Positions 1 through 9,701 of a DNA stretch of 64,000 nucleotides are shown here, piece by piece; position 1 is the stretch's first letter, and each line of letters starts with the position of its first letter. Both the position numbers and the translations under genes were made by a program. The notes under the pieces were generated by a model, which searched no databases, was not told the DNA's origin, and was given only the letters and a program-made list of their open reading frames with translations. The stretch lies in sequence record KY499642.1. The stretch is one strand, 5' to 3'.

Positions 1-1023
1 GTCACAGGCACAGACGCATACTCCATCGATGTTGATGGAACCGTGATTTGGAATATTGACCAATCGCGACGTATGCCAGTCATCTGGTGCGACCGCAACT
101 TCCTCAGCTACGGCTTTGAAGAAGACATGTTTGATGGTCATGCTAAGTTCACTATTGATTACTGGGAGGATGACGACAACTACAAGCCTCTATTGCTCGA
201 ACCTGAGACGTTAGAGATTTGGATGAATGGACATATCCTCGTACCGGGTATTGATTACTTCGTGAAGTGGCCTCAAGTTGTGGTTTGTAACAAGACCTAC
301 CTTGAAGACACGCCGGAACGTCACAAGCCTTGGTTTGATATCCGTTGTCGCGGTCTGGCTGAGAAGCTCCGTATGCCTAAGACAGGCTTCGTGGTGAATA
401 ATCTTATCAGTAACAATGCGTACTTCGATGTGCGCGATGACAAGGTTGTCCAGATTGCCATTGGTGGTGGTGTTCGACACCGTAGTGATGTTGTCTTCCG
501 TGAAGACACGGCATTAGGTGTGCCTGAGATGGTCAACGGTATGCCATTCATGGTGAACGACCCAACCGTGCCTCTACGTGAGCTTGTAAGTAAGAACACG
601 TATGAGATGCGTGATAGTTCTCGTGATTTGGACGGACGTATTGAAGCGTATCTAACAAACTTCATCCCTACGCCGGAGAACATCGAGCATAACCCAATCC
701 CTCAAGTGTATGAACTGTTTAGTCCAATCCTGAATAAGGTTATCCATGACATGATCAATGGTGACCTGATGCCGGAAGCGGATGACCAACTGTATTACAT
801 CAGTACACGACAGTTCGACGAGTTGATGAAAGAGTACATGTATCTGCTTGACTATGAGCCAGTGCTGCAAGGCGTTGACTTACGTTACGTATCGGTGCAT
901 CCGCATGACGGGAACGATTACATCGAACTTGAGCCTATCCAGATGACTATGGTTGAACGAATCAACGACCGTTATTTGAACAACAAAGTCATTATCAATA
1001 AACTGCTTCGTATTAAGGTTTAA
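1..1023 (+). CDS. Virion tail/baseplate structural protein, 5'-truncated by the window edge (phiKZ gp27-like position)
   Basis: Frame 1 is open from base 1 to TAA at 1021-1023. Lies two genes upstream of the terminase, as in phiKZ-like phages. Function inferred from synteny. Confidence 0.6.
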   Translation, partial: VTGTDAYSIDVDGTVIWNIDQSRRMPVIWCDRNFLSYGFEEDMFDGHAKFTIDYWEDDDNYKPLLLEPETLEIWMNGHILVPGIDYFVKWPQVVVCNKTYLEDTPERHKPWFDIRCRGLAEKLRMPKTGFVVNNLISNNAYFDVRDDKVVQIAIGGGVRHRSDVVFREDTALGVPEMVNGMPFMVNDPTVPLRELVSKNTYEMRDSSRDLDGRIEAYLTNFIPTPENIEHNPIPQVYELFSPILNKVIHDMINGDLMPEADDQLYYISTRQFDELMKEYMYLLDYEPVLQGVDLRYVSVHPHDGNDYIELEPIQMTMVERINDRYLNNKVIINKLLRIKV

Positions 1024-1025
1024 TT

Positions 1026-2699
1026 ATGTCGAATGATAACCATCTCGATGCAGGTAGTCAATACGGTGTTCCTAACCCGCAACCCAACCGCCGTTTTACG
1101 GTGTTTGACAAAGAGGAACTTTATACGGGGCCTACGGGCTCCGGACGTGAAGTGGCTAACCCGCGCGACCTTATTGTCGATTATGACAATAACTCATTCT
1201 GGCGTGTTAAGGCAACCGATTACACCAACTACACGTATGAACTAGAACCATTCCATCCGGTTCCTAAGTACAACGTGGAAATTGAGATCGGTGGTTGTGC
1301 GCCACATTTGTCAGACACATTCCGTATTTATGTCGACGACACAAAACACCCTGCATCATTGCGTATCGACGGACGCCTTACAGTTGCTGGTTCCGATTTG
1401 GACAGCGTACGTATCTTCCGTGGTAAGCGTATTGATAGTAGCGGTGAAGTTATCTCTGGCAACTACAGCAATGGTCAGATTGTTTCCGATCGTATTCCGC
1501 TAGCACTAGCAGCGGTACAAGGCAACAAGACCATCAAGTCGGCTATTCCGGCTGTCTGTACTCGTTCTGTTGAAGACGGTGAACTGGTTACACTGGTTTA
1601 CTATAGCGAGAACTCAGAAGTCGCAGCAATCGCATACTGCTACGTTGTTAAGACTAGCCTTGTGATGGCAATGGAAGCACCTGTTAAGCAAGTGCTGGAC
1701 GTGAAGTTGAAATCTCCATTCATGTCTAAGTCCGATGATAAACTGCTTGAACTGCCAATCAACATCCCACTGGATGATATTCCGCTACAAGCGGAAATCA
1801 AGTACACCGACGGTACACGCACTGTGACTATCGATGGTACTCGCGCTAACCTTGATGGTCTGCGCAACAGTGGTTCTCATGACACGTTCTACATCAGTAG
1901 CAACGTTGGTCAGACATTGCCTCTAGTTCTGTCTTACCGTTTGGGTAAGAACGAAACCTACGTAGGTGATGACGTTGTTGAAGGTGTTATTAACAAACAC
2001 TACAAAGCAACAACATTGGAAATCGATGGCTCTTACAGTGTGAAGCTCTTCGTAGTTCCACGTTGGCTAGACGTTGACCGCGGTTACCGTCTGGACTACT
2101 ACCTGTACGACCTCGAACGTGGTAACGTGTTCTATGCAACGCCGTACGTTACAGCGGGTGAGAACAGCGAAGTCTTTGACCCTAAACTGTACAACTACAA
2201 ACAGCGTCTAATCGTTCGTGTAGACTTGTCTCAGGTTAGTCAGACGTACAACGCACACATCCACCCTCAGTCGTTCCATATCTCGCTACAAGCGCCGGGG
2301 AACGAGAACCGTACGAACTTCCTATTGGATTACATCCATGATGGTGAGACGTATGGTGAGGACATCTCTGCACAATTCCACTACAGTAACACCAACTTCT
2401 GGTTGATGAATGTGTCCTGTGGTGCGACAAGTAAAGCAGAATGGCTGAAGCGTCTGTACTACAACACGTACCCATTGTACGACCGTCGCTCTGAAAGTGA
2501 TGCGCCTGAACCAACGCACTTTGAAGTGCACATTGGTGAAGAAGTGTACACACTTCCGGTTGATGGCTGGATGAACGATTTCAACATTGACTTCCAAGTT
2601 GATGAGGGTCAGTTAATCATGATCCGCTGGATTCGCCGTACGCCACAAGACGAGTTGCACCTTGCACTATCTCCAATGTTAGCGCATCAGAAGCAATAA
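1026..2699 (+). CDS. Virion tail/baseplate structural protein (phiKZ gp26-like position)
   Basis: 557-aa beta-rich ORF directly upstream of the terminase. Product inferred from synteny. Confidence 0.6.
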   Translation: MSNDNHLDAGSQYGVPNPQPNRRFTVFDKEELYTGPTGSGREVANPRDLIVDYDNNSFWRVKATDYTNYTYELEPFHPVPKYNVEIEIGGCAPHLSDTFRIYVDDTKHPASLRIDGRLTVAGSDLDSVRIFRGKRIDSSGEVISGNYSNGQIVSDRIPLALAAVQGNKTIKSAIPAVCTRSVEDGELVTLVYYSENSEVAAIAYCYVVKTSLVMAMEAPVKQVLDVKLKSPFMSKSDDKLLELPINIPLDDIPLQAEIKYTDGTRTVTIDGTRANLDGLRNSGSHDTFYISSNVGQTLPLVLSYRLGKNETYVGDDVVEGVINKHYKATTLEIDGSYSVKLFVVPRWLDVDRGYRLDYYLYDLERGNVFYATPYVTAGENSEVFDPKLYNYKQRLIVRVDLSQVSQTYNAHIHPQSFHISLQAPGNENRTNFLLDYIHDGETYGEDISAQFHYSNTNFWLMNVSCGATSKAEWLKRLYYNTYPLYDRRSESDAPEPTHFEVHIGEEVYTLPVDGWMNDFNIDFQVDEGQLIMIRWIRRTPQDELHLALSPMLAHQKQ

Positions 2700-2713
2700 T
2701 GTGAACTAGATAT

Positions 2714-2734
2714 GTGGGAGCTATATGCTCCCAC
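2714..2734 (+). other. GC-closed hairpin between the structural gene and the terminase
   Basis: GTGGGAGC-TATAT-GCTCCCAC, 8-bp stem with only a weak U-tract. Confidence 0.55.
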
Positions 2735-2761
2735 TTCTACTTTACATTGGAGACAACGATT

Positions 2762-4882
2762 ATGATCTTAAGGGAAAACGACTGGAAGCGTCCCGAATAC
2801 CGGAATGCCATAGTCCACTTTAAAACGAAAAACAAATCGTTTCTGAAGCTTGCATACATTCAGAAGCAGATGGGCGTTAAGCACTGGTATTGTTGTTTAG
2901 CGTTAACACAACCTGATTTAGAAGATATCGATCCACACGATCCAAACCACGATATCGAAACCAAAACCAAAATCGCGTATGAGATGTTCATCAACCCGTG
3001 GTACTACTTCCGCGAAATCTCACGGGTGCCTCAAGAAGGTGCAGACCCTGTGGCCTTCAAAATCCATCGTGGCTCATTCGCACTGATTTGGACTTTCTTT
3101 AACAACATCGATATTGCTTTGCTACTTATCCGTCAGCAAGGTAAGACTGTTGTACTGGCTGCGTTGCTTGTTTACTTGAAACGTATCCTGAAAAACTCAC
3201 GTACTATCTTGATTACTAAAGATACTGGTCTACGCTCAGAAACCATCGATAAGATGAAGAAGATGCGGGATGCGCTCCCCAAATACTTGTGGTTGCATTC
3301 ACGGAGCGATGCGGATAACAGTGAAATCTTTACGTACATGAACCGCAACAACAAACTCATCACAGCTATCGCGCAATCTAACATGGCATCTGCACAGAAC
3401 GCAGGTCGTGGTTTGACATCTGCTCGACTGTTCAGCGATGAGTGCGCGTTTACTCGTTACATCCGTGCTATGCTTCCGGCTGCCTTGGCATCTGGTACAA
3501 CCGCACGTCGAATTGCAGAAGAAGAAGGCGTTCCTTACGGTAACGTGTTCACTACTACACCGGGTAAACGTGACGAACCAGACGGCAAGTACATCTATGA
3601 CTTGTTCCACGACGGTTATTACTGGGACGACAAGTTAATCGACATTCCGACTCGTGAAGGTCTGATTGAAATGATTCGTGCTAACTCCAAAGGTGACCGT
3701 GTGTTGCTACACGCGCCATTTAACCACCGTCAGTTAGGTATGACTGACTTGGAGTTGTATGATGCGATGGCAAACGCCTCTGGTACGCGTGAAGAGAAAC
3801 TGCGTGACTTCGGTCTACAATGGACAGCGGGTTCGTTGTCATCACCGTTGACCGTTGATGAATCGAAGATGATTCGTGAAAGCGTAGTTGACCCAATTCC
3901 GCACCACGAGATCTTCCCGAACAACTACTGTCTGAAATGGTACTATCCTGAAGACCACATCAAAGAGAAGTTACAGAAAAAACACATCATCGGTTTGGAT
4001 ACCTCCGATGCGGTTGGTCGAGATAACATCTCACTGGTTATGACCAACAGTGAAACATTGGAAACGGCATGTACTGCGGTTATCAATGAAAGTAACTTGA
4101 TTGTCTTCGCAAACTGGGTGGCTGAAATCCTAGTTAAGTACCCGAATACTATTTTGGTTATCGAGCGCAAGTCTTCGGCTCCGACCATTATCGACTCATT
4201 GTTAATCACACTGCCTGCGAAAGGGATTGAACCTACTCGACGTATCTTTAACCAGATCGTTCAGAACCGCGACAGTGAAGACCCGGATTTAAAAGAGTTC
4301 AAAAAGAGTACCCGTCCACGAGACGAACGTTTTTACGAGATTTACCGTAAGTACTTCGGATTCGTGACAACTGGTGCATCCCGTAAGCTCCTCTACGGGG
4401 AAGTTCTCCAAACTGCTGTTCGTATGGCTGGCGACAAAGTCAAGGACAAGGAGTTGGCGAACGAGCTACTCGCTTTGGTCGTTAAAGATGGTCGTATTGA
4501 CCACAAAGCAAGTGGTAATGACGATACCGTAATTGCATGGCTATTAAGTTGTTGGTTTATGTTGTTCGGTAAGCGTCTAGACTACTATGGTGTATCTAAC
4601 CGCGTTCTGATGAAGCGTCATCACGTGACTGAAGATGGTGAGGTATTCGATAGTGAGGAGTACGAACAAGAGCAGATTGCTCAAGAGCTTCTATCTGAAG
4701 AGATTGACAATTTATGTTCTCGTATCGCGTCTAACCGCAACCCATTCACTAAAACCGTACTTGAACGTGAGCTCCGAGTTAAGCTGGCCAAACTACAACT
4801 CGACACGTCCCAAGCTACGACTGTGGGTGAGCTGCAAGAACTTATCCGTAACGAAAAACTACAGTCGAGGTATCTGCGATGA
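2762..4882 (+). CDS. terL: Terminase large subunit
   Basis: Walker A LLIRQQGKT, Walker B LFSDECAF, motif III FTTTPG, RNase H-like nuclease IIGLDTSDAVG and NDDTVIAW. Start moved to ATG 2762 (GGAG RBS) because the track's GTG 2714 lies inside a hairpin. Confidence 0.93.
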   Translation: MILRENDWKRPEYRNAIVHFKTKNKSFLKLAYIQKQMGVKHWYCCLALTQPDLEDIDPHDPNHDIETKTKIAYEMFINPWYYFREISRVPQEGADPVAFKIHRGSFALIWTFFNNIDIALLLIRQQGKTVVLAALLVYLKRILKNSRTILITKDTGLRSETIDKMKKMRDALPKYLWLHSRSDADNSEIFTYMNRNNKLITAIAQSNMASAQNAGRGLTSARLFSDECAFTRYIRAMLPAALASGTTARRIAEEEGVPYGNVFTTTPGKRDEPDGKYIYDLFHDGYYWDDKLIDIPTREGLIEMIRANSKGDRVLLHAPFNHRQLGMTDLELYDAMANASGTREEKLRDFGLQWTAGSLSSPLTVDESKMIRESVVDPIPHHEIFPNNYCLKWYYPEDHIKEKLQKKHIIGLDTSDAVGRDNISLVMTNSETLETACTAVINESNLIVFANWVAEILVKYPNTILVIERKSSAPTIIDSLLITLPAKGIEPTRRIFNQIVQNRDSEDPDLKEFKKSTRPRDERFYEIYRKYFGFVTTGASRKLLYGEVLQTAVRMAGDKVKDKELANELLALVVKDGRIDHKASGNDDTVIAWLLSCWFMLFGKRLDYYGVSNRVLMKRHHVTEDGEVFDSEEYEQEQIAQELLSEEIDNLCSRIASNRNPFTKTVLERELRVKLAKLQLDTSQATTVGELQELIRNEKLQSRYLR

Positions 4883-5088
4883 CACAATTGTTCATCCTTG
4901 TTATTAACTTACTTGTCCTCTGCATTAGCGGACATGTCTGGAAAGGCTTAAAGGCCATTTATAAAAGTAAAGGGATGCGTGCTTGCTTGCCCTATAGCTT
5001 TGGTTCTGTACTACTACTAGGTAGCGGTTCAGTTATGGCAAACACGTTCTTGCTTCAAGTGGCCGAGCTGTCACAGGCGGCACCATAA
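4879..5088 (+). CDS. Small membrane protein with two hydrophobic segments
   Basis: ATGA overlap with the terminase stop. Hydrophobic stretches LFILVINLLVLCISG and FGSVLLLGSGSVMANTFLL. Confidence 0.55.
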   Translation: MTQLFILVINLLVLCISGHVWKGLKAIYKSKGMRACLPYSFGSVLLLGSGSVMANTFLLQVAELSQAAP

Positions 5089-5184
5089 ATACAAAGGGGA
5101 AAGTGGCGGCGTTGAATTCTTTTATTCTTCGCCGCACTACTGTAAAAAATTATTGTAAATCAATTGTTTATGCAGGAGGTATTC

Positions 5185-5337
5185 ATGCATGAACTACTAC
5201 TTGCGCTTATCGTACTTCTCTTAATAGGGTGGGAAGTTCGAGTTATTGAACGAGCTGAGCGCAACGGCATATTGCGTATGCTGGTTGAGAGCCTATCCGG
5301 TTCTTCGAGGTTGACCCACAGCTTTGGACTGTGTTAG
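5185..5337 (+). CDS. 50-aa single-pass membrane peptide (absent from ORF track)
   Basis: AGGAGG RBS at ~5174-5179. Translation MHELLLALIVLLLIGWEVRVIERAERNGILRMLVESLSGSSRLTHSFGLC*. Confidence 0.6.
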   Translation: MHELLLALIVLLLIGWEVRVIERAERNGILRMLVESLSGSSRLTHSFGLC

Positions 5338-5528
5338 TCGCCTATAACCCTATTACTACAATTTGGAAAAAGCAAAACGCTTTAAGTAGCGCTTCAAACG
5401 AAGTCGGCAATGACGCCCACTGGTACCCGGACTGATGCTTCATTAACACTATGCTATAGATGTTAACAAGCGGATGTCCGGTACATCCCTTTTATTTTTT
5501 TGTCTCCAGAGTAAAAAAATATTCAGAT

Positions 5529-5544
5529 ATATATCATTATGGTG
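5529..5544 (+). promoter_or_regulatory. Candidate early (virion-RNAP) promoter motif
   Basis: ATATATCAT-TATG-GTG, one of six copies of ATAT(T/A)TCAT-N4-GTG upstream of operon starts, preceded by an A-tract. Confidence 0.6.
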
Positions 5545-5579
5545 AAGAAATCATCTAAACCTTTTAATGGGAGCTTACC

Positions 5580-5933
5580 ATGGAACTATCTAAACTTGCA
5601 AAAGAACAACTTCTTAATTGGGATCACGATATCAACCCAACGCCACTAAAAGATATCGAGTACAACATTGCACACCACATCGCAGTTAATAAAGGATGGG
5701 GTCTAAGTAATGTTGCAGTGCAACTTACTGACAAGGTTCTGGATATCCGTGTTCAGAAATTTGCTACGTTCGGTAAAGGTGCATCATTCGGACAAACGTG
5801 CGATGGGTTCTGGTCAATGGAAGTCTATGTAGACTTCGACGACATTATTCCACGTGAACATCTGGGTCGAGTTAGTAACTGGTTACCAACGGGTGTATAC
5901 GCATTGGCCGACCACGTTAAGACAATTCACTAA
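5580..5933 (+). CDS. Hypothetical protein (likely early)
   Basis: GGGAG RBS, 117 aa, followed by a terminator. Confidence 0.75.
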   Translation: MELSKLAKEQLLNWDHDINPTPLKDIEYNIAHHIAVNKGWGLSNVAVQLTDKVLDIRVQKFATFGKGASFGQTCDGFWSMEVYVDFDDIIPREHLGRVSNWLPTGVYALADHVKTIH

Positions 5934-5941
5934 TTCACTTC

Positions 5942-5975
5942 GAGGAAGCTTCGGCTTCCTCACTACTTTTTATTT
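5942..5975 (+). terminator. Intrinsic terminator
   Basis: GAGGAAGC-TTCG-GCTTCCTC followed by ACTACTTTTTATTT. Confidence 0.65.
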
Positions 5976-5985
5976 GGAGATAATC

Positions 5986-6546
5986 ATGAGCAAAGTAACT
6001 TTAGAAATCCGCGAAGGTAAACTACGTCCAATCTACAACGGTGAAATCGTTGACCAACGTCACAACCTACTATTCGAATTGGATATCGCGTTAGGCAACC
6101 TTCCGCCATCGCCATGTCGTGGTGATGATGGTACAATCAATATTGAAGATGCAGTTGGCTACGTATTCATCAACATTGAAGATCGTCGTCAACGTTGTAT
6201 GGCACACCAAGCGGAGTACCGTGAGGTATTGCAGCAACTTAAAGCTGAAGTGCTGAAGTTCTATCACGAGTACAAAACTGACCCAACTGAGTACCACTTG
6301 GATTACATGTTGGAAGCGGCTAAACGTAATGGCGTTAAGTCAGTCTACCTTGACATGTTCTACGAAGGTAAGATATCACGTAACGATTTGAAGACTTGCT
6401 TCCTACGTGGTTCTTGTTCAACAATCGACCCGTCAATCTTCAGCGACCCATCACCTAAAGGCTTTGCAGTCCCGCCTGCACCGGAAGCACCAGCTGAGCC
6501 TGAATGTCAAACCTCTCACGAAAACTACGGCAAGGAGTCTAAGTAA
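5986..6546 (+). CDS. Hypothetical protein with Pro/Ala/Glu-rich C-terminus
   Basis: GGAG RBS before ATG 5986 (MSKVTLEIREG). The track's 5854 start overlaps the upstream gene and terminator. Confidence 0.75.
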   Translation: MSKVTLEIREGKLRPIYNGEIVDQRHNLLFELDIALGNLPPSPCRGDDGTINIEDAVGYVFINIEDRRQRCMAHQAEYREVLQQLKAEVLKFYHEYKTDPTEYHLDYMLEAAKRNGVKSVYLDMFYEGKISRNDLKTCFLRGSCSTIDPSIFSDPSPKGFAVPPAPEAPAEPECQTSHENYGKESK

Positions 6547-6923
6547 TGAACTGGTTCGTACACGGTACAAATAAAACAATCACTGAAGAATGGGATCACT
6601 GTGAGCATTTGAAAGTGGGTCAGGTTGCACCTTACATGGTCGGCGAGCAAGACTCGTTCGGCCCTGTGGCTCGCATGGGGATGTGTAAGGAGTGTCACGA
6701 TAAGTATAAAGCGGAGCAGGATGAAGAGCTAGAGTACTGTCATGACTGTGGGCAGGAAAAGCCTATGAAGGAAATGCGCGAATGGCGTTGGTACGACTTC
6801 TATGCACCTCAGGGCGATGAACCACTGATGATTTGCGATGACTGTGCGGTCAAAGACAAACACAAAGAACGTGTGCGTAAAGACAATGAAGCGTACGAAC
6901 GTGAAATGGGCGATGAGTATTAA
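6546..6923 (+). CDS. Zinc-finger protein, unknown function
   Basis: CxxC pairs CKEC, CHDC and CDDC plus CEH. AAGGAG RBS. TAATG overlap with the upstream gene. Confidence 0.75.
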   Translation: MNWFVHGTNKTITEEWDHCEHLKVGQVAPYMVGEQDSFGPVARMGMCKECHDKYKAEQDEELEYCHDCGQEKPMKEMREWRWYDFYAPQGDEPLMICDDCAVKDKHKERVRKDNEAYEREMGDEY

Positions 6924-6935
6924 TTGGGAGCTAAC

Positions 6936-7469
6936 ATGAAAGACAAAGTAGAAACAATCATTCAGGGTAAACGATACGTAGCCCGTGCAGTACAACAACC
7001 AGATAACAAAGTTGCATTCCACATCTACGACTTTCCTGATATCAACGGTCTGCCAGAGTCACGCATTACTCAGCTGGCTAAAGAGTTCGGCTTAGAGAAC
7101 AGCAAGAACTTCATCTGGTATGGACGTGACCACTTCGAGAAGCTGTATGGACAACAGCAGCAAGCACGTACTGGAATGTCTGGACGTTCGGTTATCACTG
7201 AACTGACTAAGTGCACATCGCCATATGAACATCATGTTCCATTCGCACGCATTTCACACATACTGGGTGATCACTTCCGTGGTGTTAATCCATTGGAAGA
7301 CGATGTACTGAAACAAATCATCGAGCACACACAACAGCACGTAGAGCGTCGCGGTAAAGAAGTTGCACATCAAGGACATTCAATGTCTATCAATGAGCAG
7401 CGTTACTTACTGAGCATTCTGCGCAGTTTGTTGCCTGCACTGATACCAGTTCCGGCTGAAGAGAAATAA
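6936..7469 (+). CDS. Hypothetical protein
   Basis: GGGAG RBS before ATG 6936. ORF ends at a bidirectional terminator. Confidence 0.75.
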   Translation: MKDKVETIIQGKRYVARAVQQPDNKVAFHIYDFPDINGLPESRITQLAKEFGLENSKNFIWYGRDHFEKLYGQQQQARTGMSGRSVITELTKCTSPYEHHVPFARISHILGDHFRGVNPLEDDVLKQIIEHTQQHVERRGKEVAHQGHSMSINEQRYLLSILRSLLPALIPVPAEEK

Positions 7470-7503
7470 AAAGAGGAGGGCTAAGCCCTCCTTTCTTTTT
7501 TTG
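7470..7503. terminator. Bidirectional intrinsic terminator
   Basis: GGAGGGC-TAA-GCCCTCC flanked by A- and T-tracts, between convergent genes. Confidence 0.8.
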
Positions 7504-7505
7504 TC

Positions 7506-8813
7506 TTACGTGTAAACGTTAGCCGATAAGGCACGTAATAGGAAGTACAACATAAGTGCAGTACGGACTGAGGCAAGAGCAGAACTTGCACGCAGTGCGC
7601 TGTGACGCTTAGCATACTTCTCGATACGACTACGGAGACTTAATAGGCGCGGGTCAGTCGATTTAGATGACATGTACAAGGCACGCATCTTGTTCAAGAT
7701 AAAACCAACATCATGGAAACGGATACGTTCGCGAGCGATATAATCGAAAGCGTGCATCAGTGTGTCTTCCATAATCTCTTCCACCTCATCGCGTTTCTTA
7801 CCTGTTGGTGTTCGCGCAATAGAACGGAGGATATCTAACAGTGATTGTCTGGAGGTCGTTGACATCACATCCAATACCACATCAACGAGTTCTAACTTGA
7901 TAAAGCTAGAGTCGTTACCTGCTACATCGAGAAGATAAGTCTTCGCATTGTTGTAGGCACTGACTTGGTCACGGATGATCTTGTCTCCGTCCAACACCAC
8001 AGTGTTAGAAGTGGTTTCAATACGCAAGTTCCCCGAACGAACACGGTCAAGGATTTTGTATTGGTCTTTAATCGACTTACGGACACGTGTTGACATATCC
8101 GTTACAACGTACATGATGCGTTCATCATCATCGAACTTAACTAAGTCGCGATAGTGTTTGCCTTCTTTCGAAAGGAATGACTCAGCACGCCACTTTAACA
8201 CCTCACCCCAACTACCTAGTCGCTTAATAGCAAACTTCATAGTCAGAGCACTGTAGACGGCTTCTGCTGCCTCATTGTCTACAGGTTTATCAAAGTAGTG
8301 TGTGTAGATTGATGATAGGAAACGGAACTGAAGCATGACTAATGCTTCGACCATTGCTTCGTAAACAATCTTGTCACGTGGGTTGAGTTCATCGATACAC
8401 TTATGAATGAACCAAACGACGGATAGGTTGAAAGCATCCCCTGCAACTTTCCAGTCTTTGTTCACTGCCTTAACCGAGTGAATACACTCTTGTAAGTAAG
8501 CTTCATCAATCTGGAGTACTTCATCAAACCAACGGTCGCGGTCATTATCGTACCAACGAATGCGGTCTACACCCATTAGGTTACCGCCAAAGAAAGACAG
8601 ATGCTCCCCGCGTGACGCAATAGACTTGCTATAATTTATCACACGCTTGCACATACTAATGGAGGGACTTGTTCCTTCCACGGCTTTTATGAACGCATCA
8701 CGAATCGACGGAATTCTGCCGTCGTCAGAGTGAGCTTCTAAACCAACGATTGGCATTGTTCCAACTTCTTGGATCAAGTCAATCATGGCTAGAGTCGCTT
8801 TATTGAATTCCAT
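7506..8813 (-). CDS. Conserved phiKZ-like virion (head) protein, probably protease-processed
   Basis: ~435-aa helical ORF. Start ATG 8813 with GGGAG RBS. N-terminal VGLE|A resembles prohead-protease sites. The FFGGNLMGV block is recalled as conserved in this phage group. Confidence 0.6.
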   Translation of the reverse strand: MEFNKATLAMIDLIQEVGTMPIVGLEAHSDDGRIPSIRDAFIKAVEGTSPSISMCKRVINYSKSIASRGEHLSFFGGNLMGVDRIRWYDNDRDRWFDEVLQIDEAYLQECIHSVKAVNKDWKVAGDAFNLSVVWFIHKCIDELNPRDKIVYEAMVEALVMLQFRFLSSIYTHYFDKPVDNEAAEAVYSALTMKFAIKRLGSWGEVLKWRAESFLSKEGKHYRDLVKFDDDERIMYVVTDMSTRVRKSIKDQYKILDRVRSGNLRIETTSNTVVLDGDKIIRDQVSAYNNAKTYLLDVAGNDSSFIKLELVDVVLDVMSTTSRQSLLDILRSIARTPTGKKRDEVEEIMEDTLMHAFDYIARERIRFHDVGFILNKMRALYMSSKSTDPRLLSLRSRIEKYAKRHSALRASSALASVRTALMLYFLLRALSANVYT

Positions 8814-8876
8814 AAGGACTCCCATATTTGTGATACACAGGATTTGCTGCCAGACGTATCCTAAATAGGTTCAGTT

Positions 8877-8892
8877 ATATTTCATTAATGTG
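8877..8892 (+). promoter_or_regulatory. Candidate early promoter motif
   Basis: ATATTTCAT-TAAT-GTG, 39 bp upstream of ATG 8931. Confidence 0.65.
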
Positions 8893-8930
8893 ATATATCA
8901 ACCACCCGTTCTATTATTAAGGAGATCACC

Positions 8931-9692
8931 ATGCAATTAGAAAGACGGGCAACGCTAAACAGGCACATCGAAACTAATCAGATTATTCTCGATGGTGGCA
9001 AGATTAAAGCATTTGCTATGAAAACCGGGGCGCTATGCAGCATTAACAAAACTGGTAACATCATCAACATGAAGAACGGCAAGACCCGATTCTGTAATGA
9101 TGACTTAAGCAAGTTCTTATACGAACAAGGTGTTCGTGGTGAATTCTTAATCCACCATAAGACTCAAACATTCGGTGTACCGAAGTGGTTAACATTCAGC
9201 CAATACAACAGACCATTTAATGAGTGGTCACAACAAATCGAGATATACACACTCGATGGATTGGAAAAGCCAGACGCTTTGATTCCAATCAAACCGCTGG
9301 ACTCGTTCCTAGTTGACCCGAACAACATCAAAGAAACTGTTGATAAGTTGTCGGAAGACACTAAGTTCGATGGCTTGATTTTAACAGCCGCCACATTCGA
9401 TAACCAAACCAACTGGTATCAAGTATTGCCTAACCGCTATTGCCAAGGTCGAATCGTTGACTACAACGCATCTACTGATGACAGCTACGTCATCGTAGAG
9501 ATTCACCACGACGGTGAAATGTATCGCACGAAGATTTGTAAGTTCACCAAGACCATGGCACGTGACCTAGATGAACTAGGTGACGACGTACTTAACCGTA
9601 ACCTCAAAATTCAATACAGCACGTTCATTCCAGGCGACCGCTTAGAGAACTTCTCTAGTCCATACGCGCTGTTTGTAATCAACCGCCCATAA
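8931..9692 (+). CDS. ATP-dependent DNA-ligase-fold protein with degenerate catalytic motifs
   Basis: Ligase motifs in correct order: MKTGALC (I, KxDGxR eroded), VRGEFL (III), IYTLD (IIIa), FDGLIL (IV), WYQVLP (V, no lysines), then an OB-fold-like C-terminus (LKIQYS...FSSPYALF). TAAGGAG RBS. Confidence 0.6.
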   Translation: MQLERRATLNRHIETNQIILDGGKIKAFAMKTGALCSINKTGNIINMKNGKTRFCNDDLSKFLYEQGVRGEFLIHHKTQTFGVPKWLTFSQYNRPFNEWSQQIEIYTLDGLEKPDALIPIKPLDSFLVDPNNIKETVDKLSEDTKFDGLILTAATFDNQTNWYQVLPNRYCQGRIVDYNASTDDSYVIVEIHHDGEMYRTKICKFTKTMARDLDELGDDVLNRNLKIQYSTFIPGDRLENFSSPYALFVINRP

Positions 9693-9701
9693 GGAGACAT
9701 T

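Noticed and set aside
2714-2761. GTG start of the terminase
   Set aside because: It lies within a hairpin and has no RBS. ATG 2762 follows GGAG.
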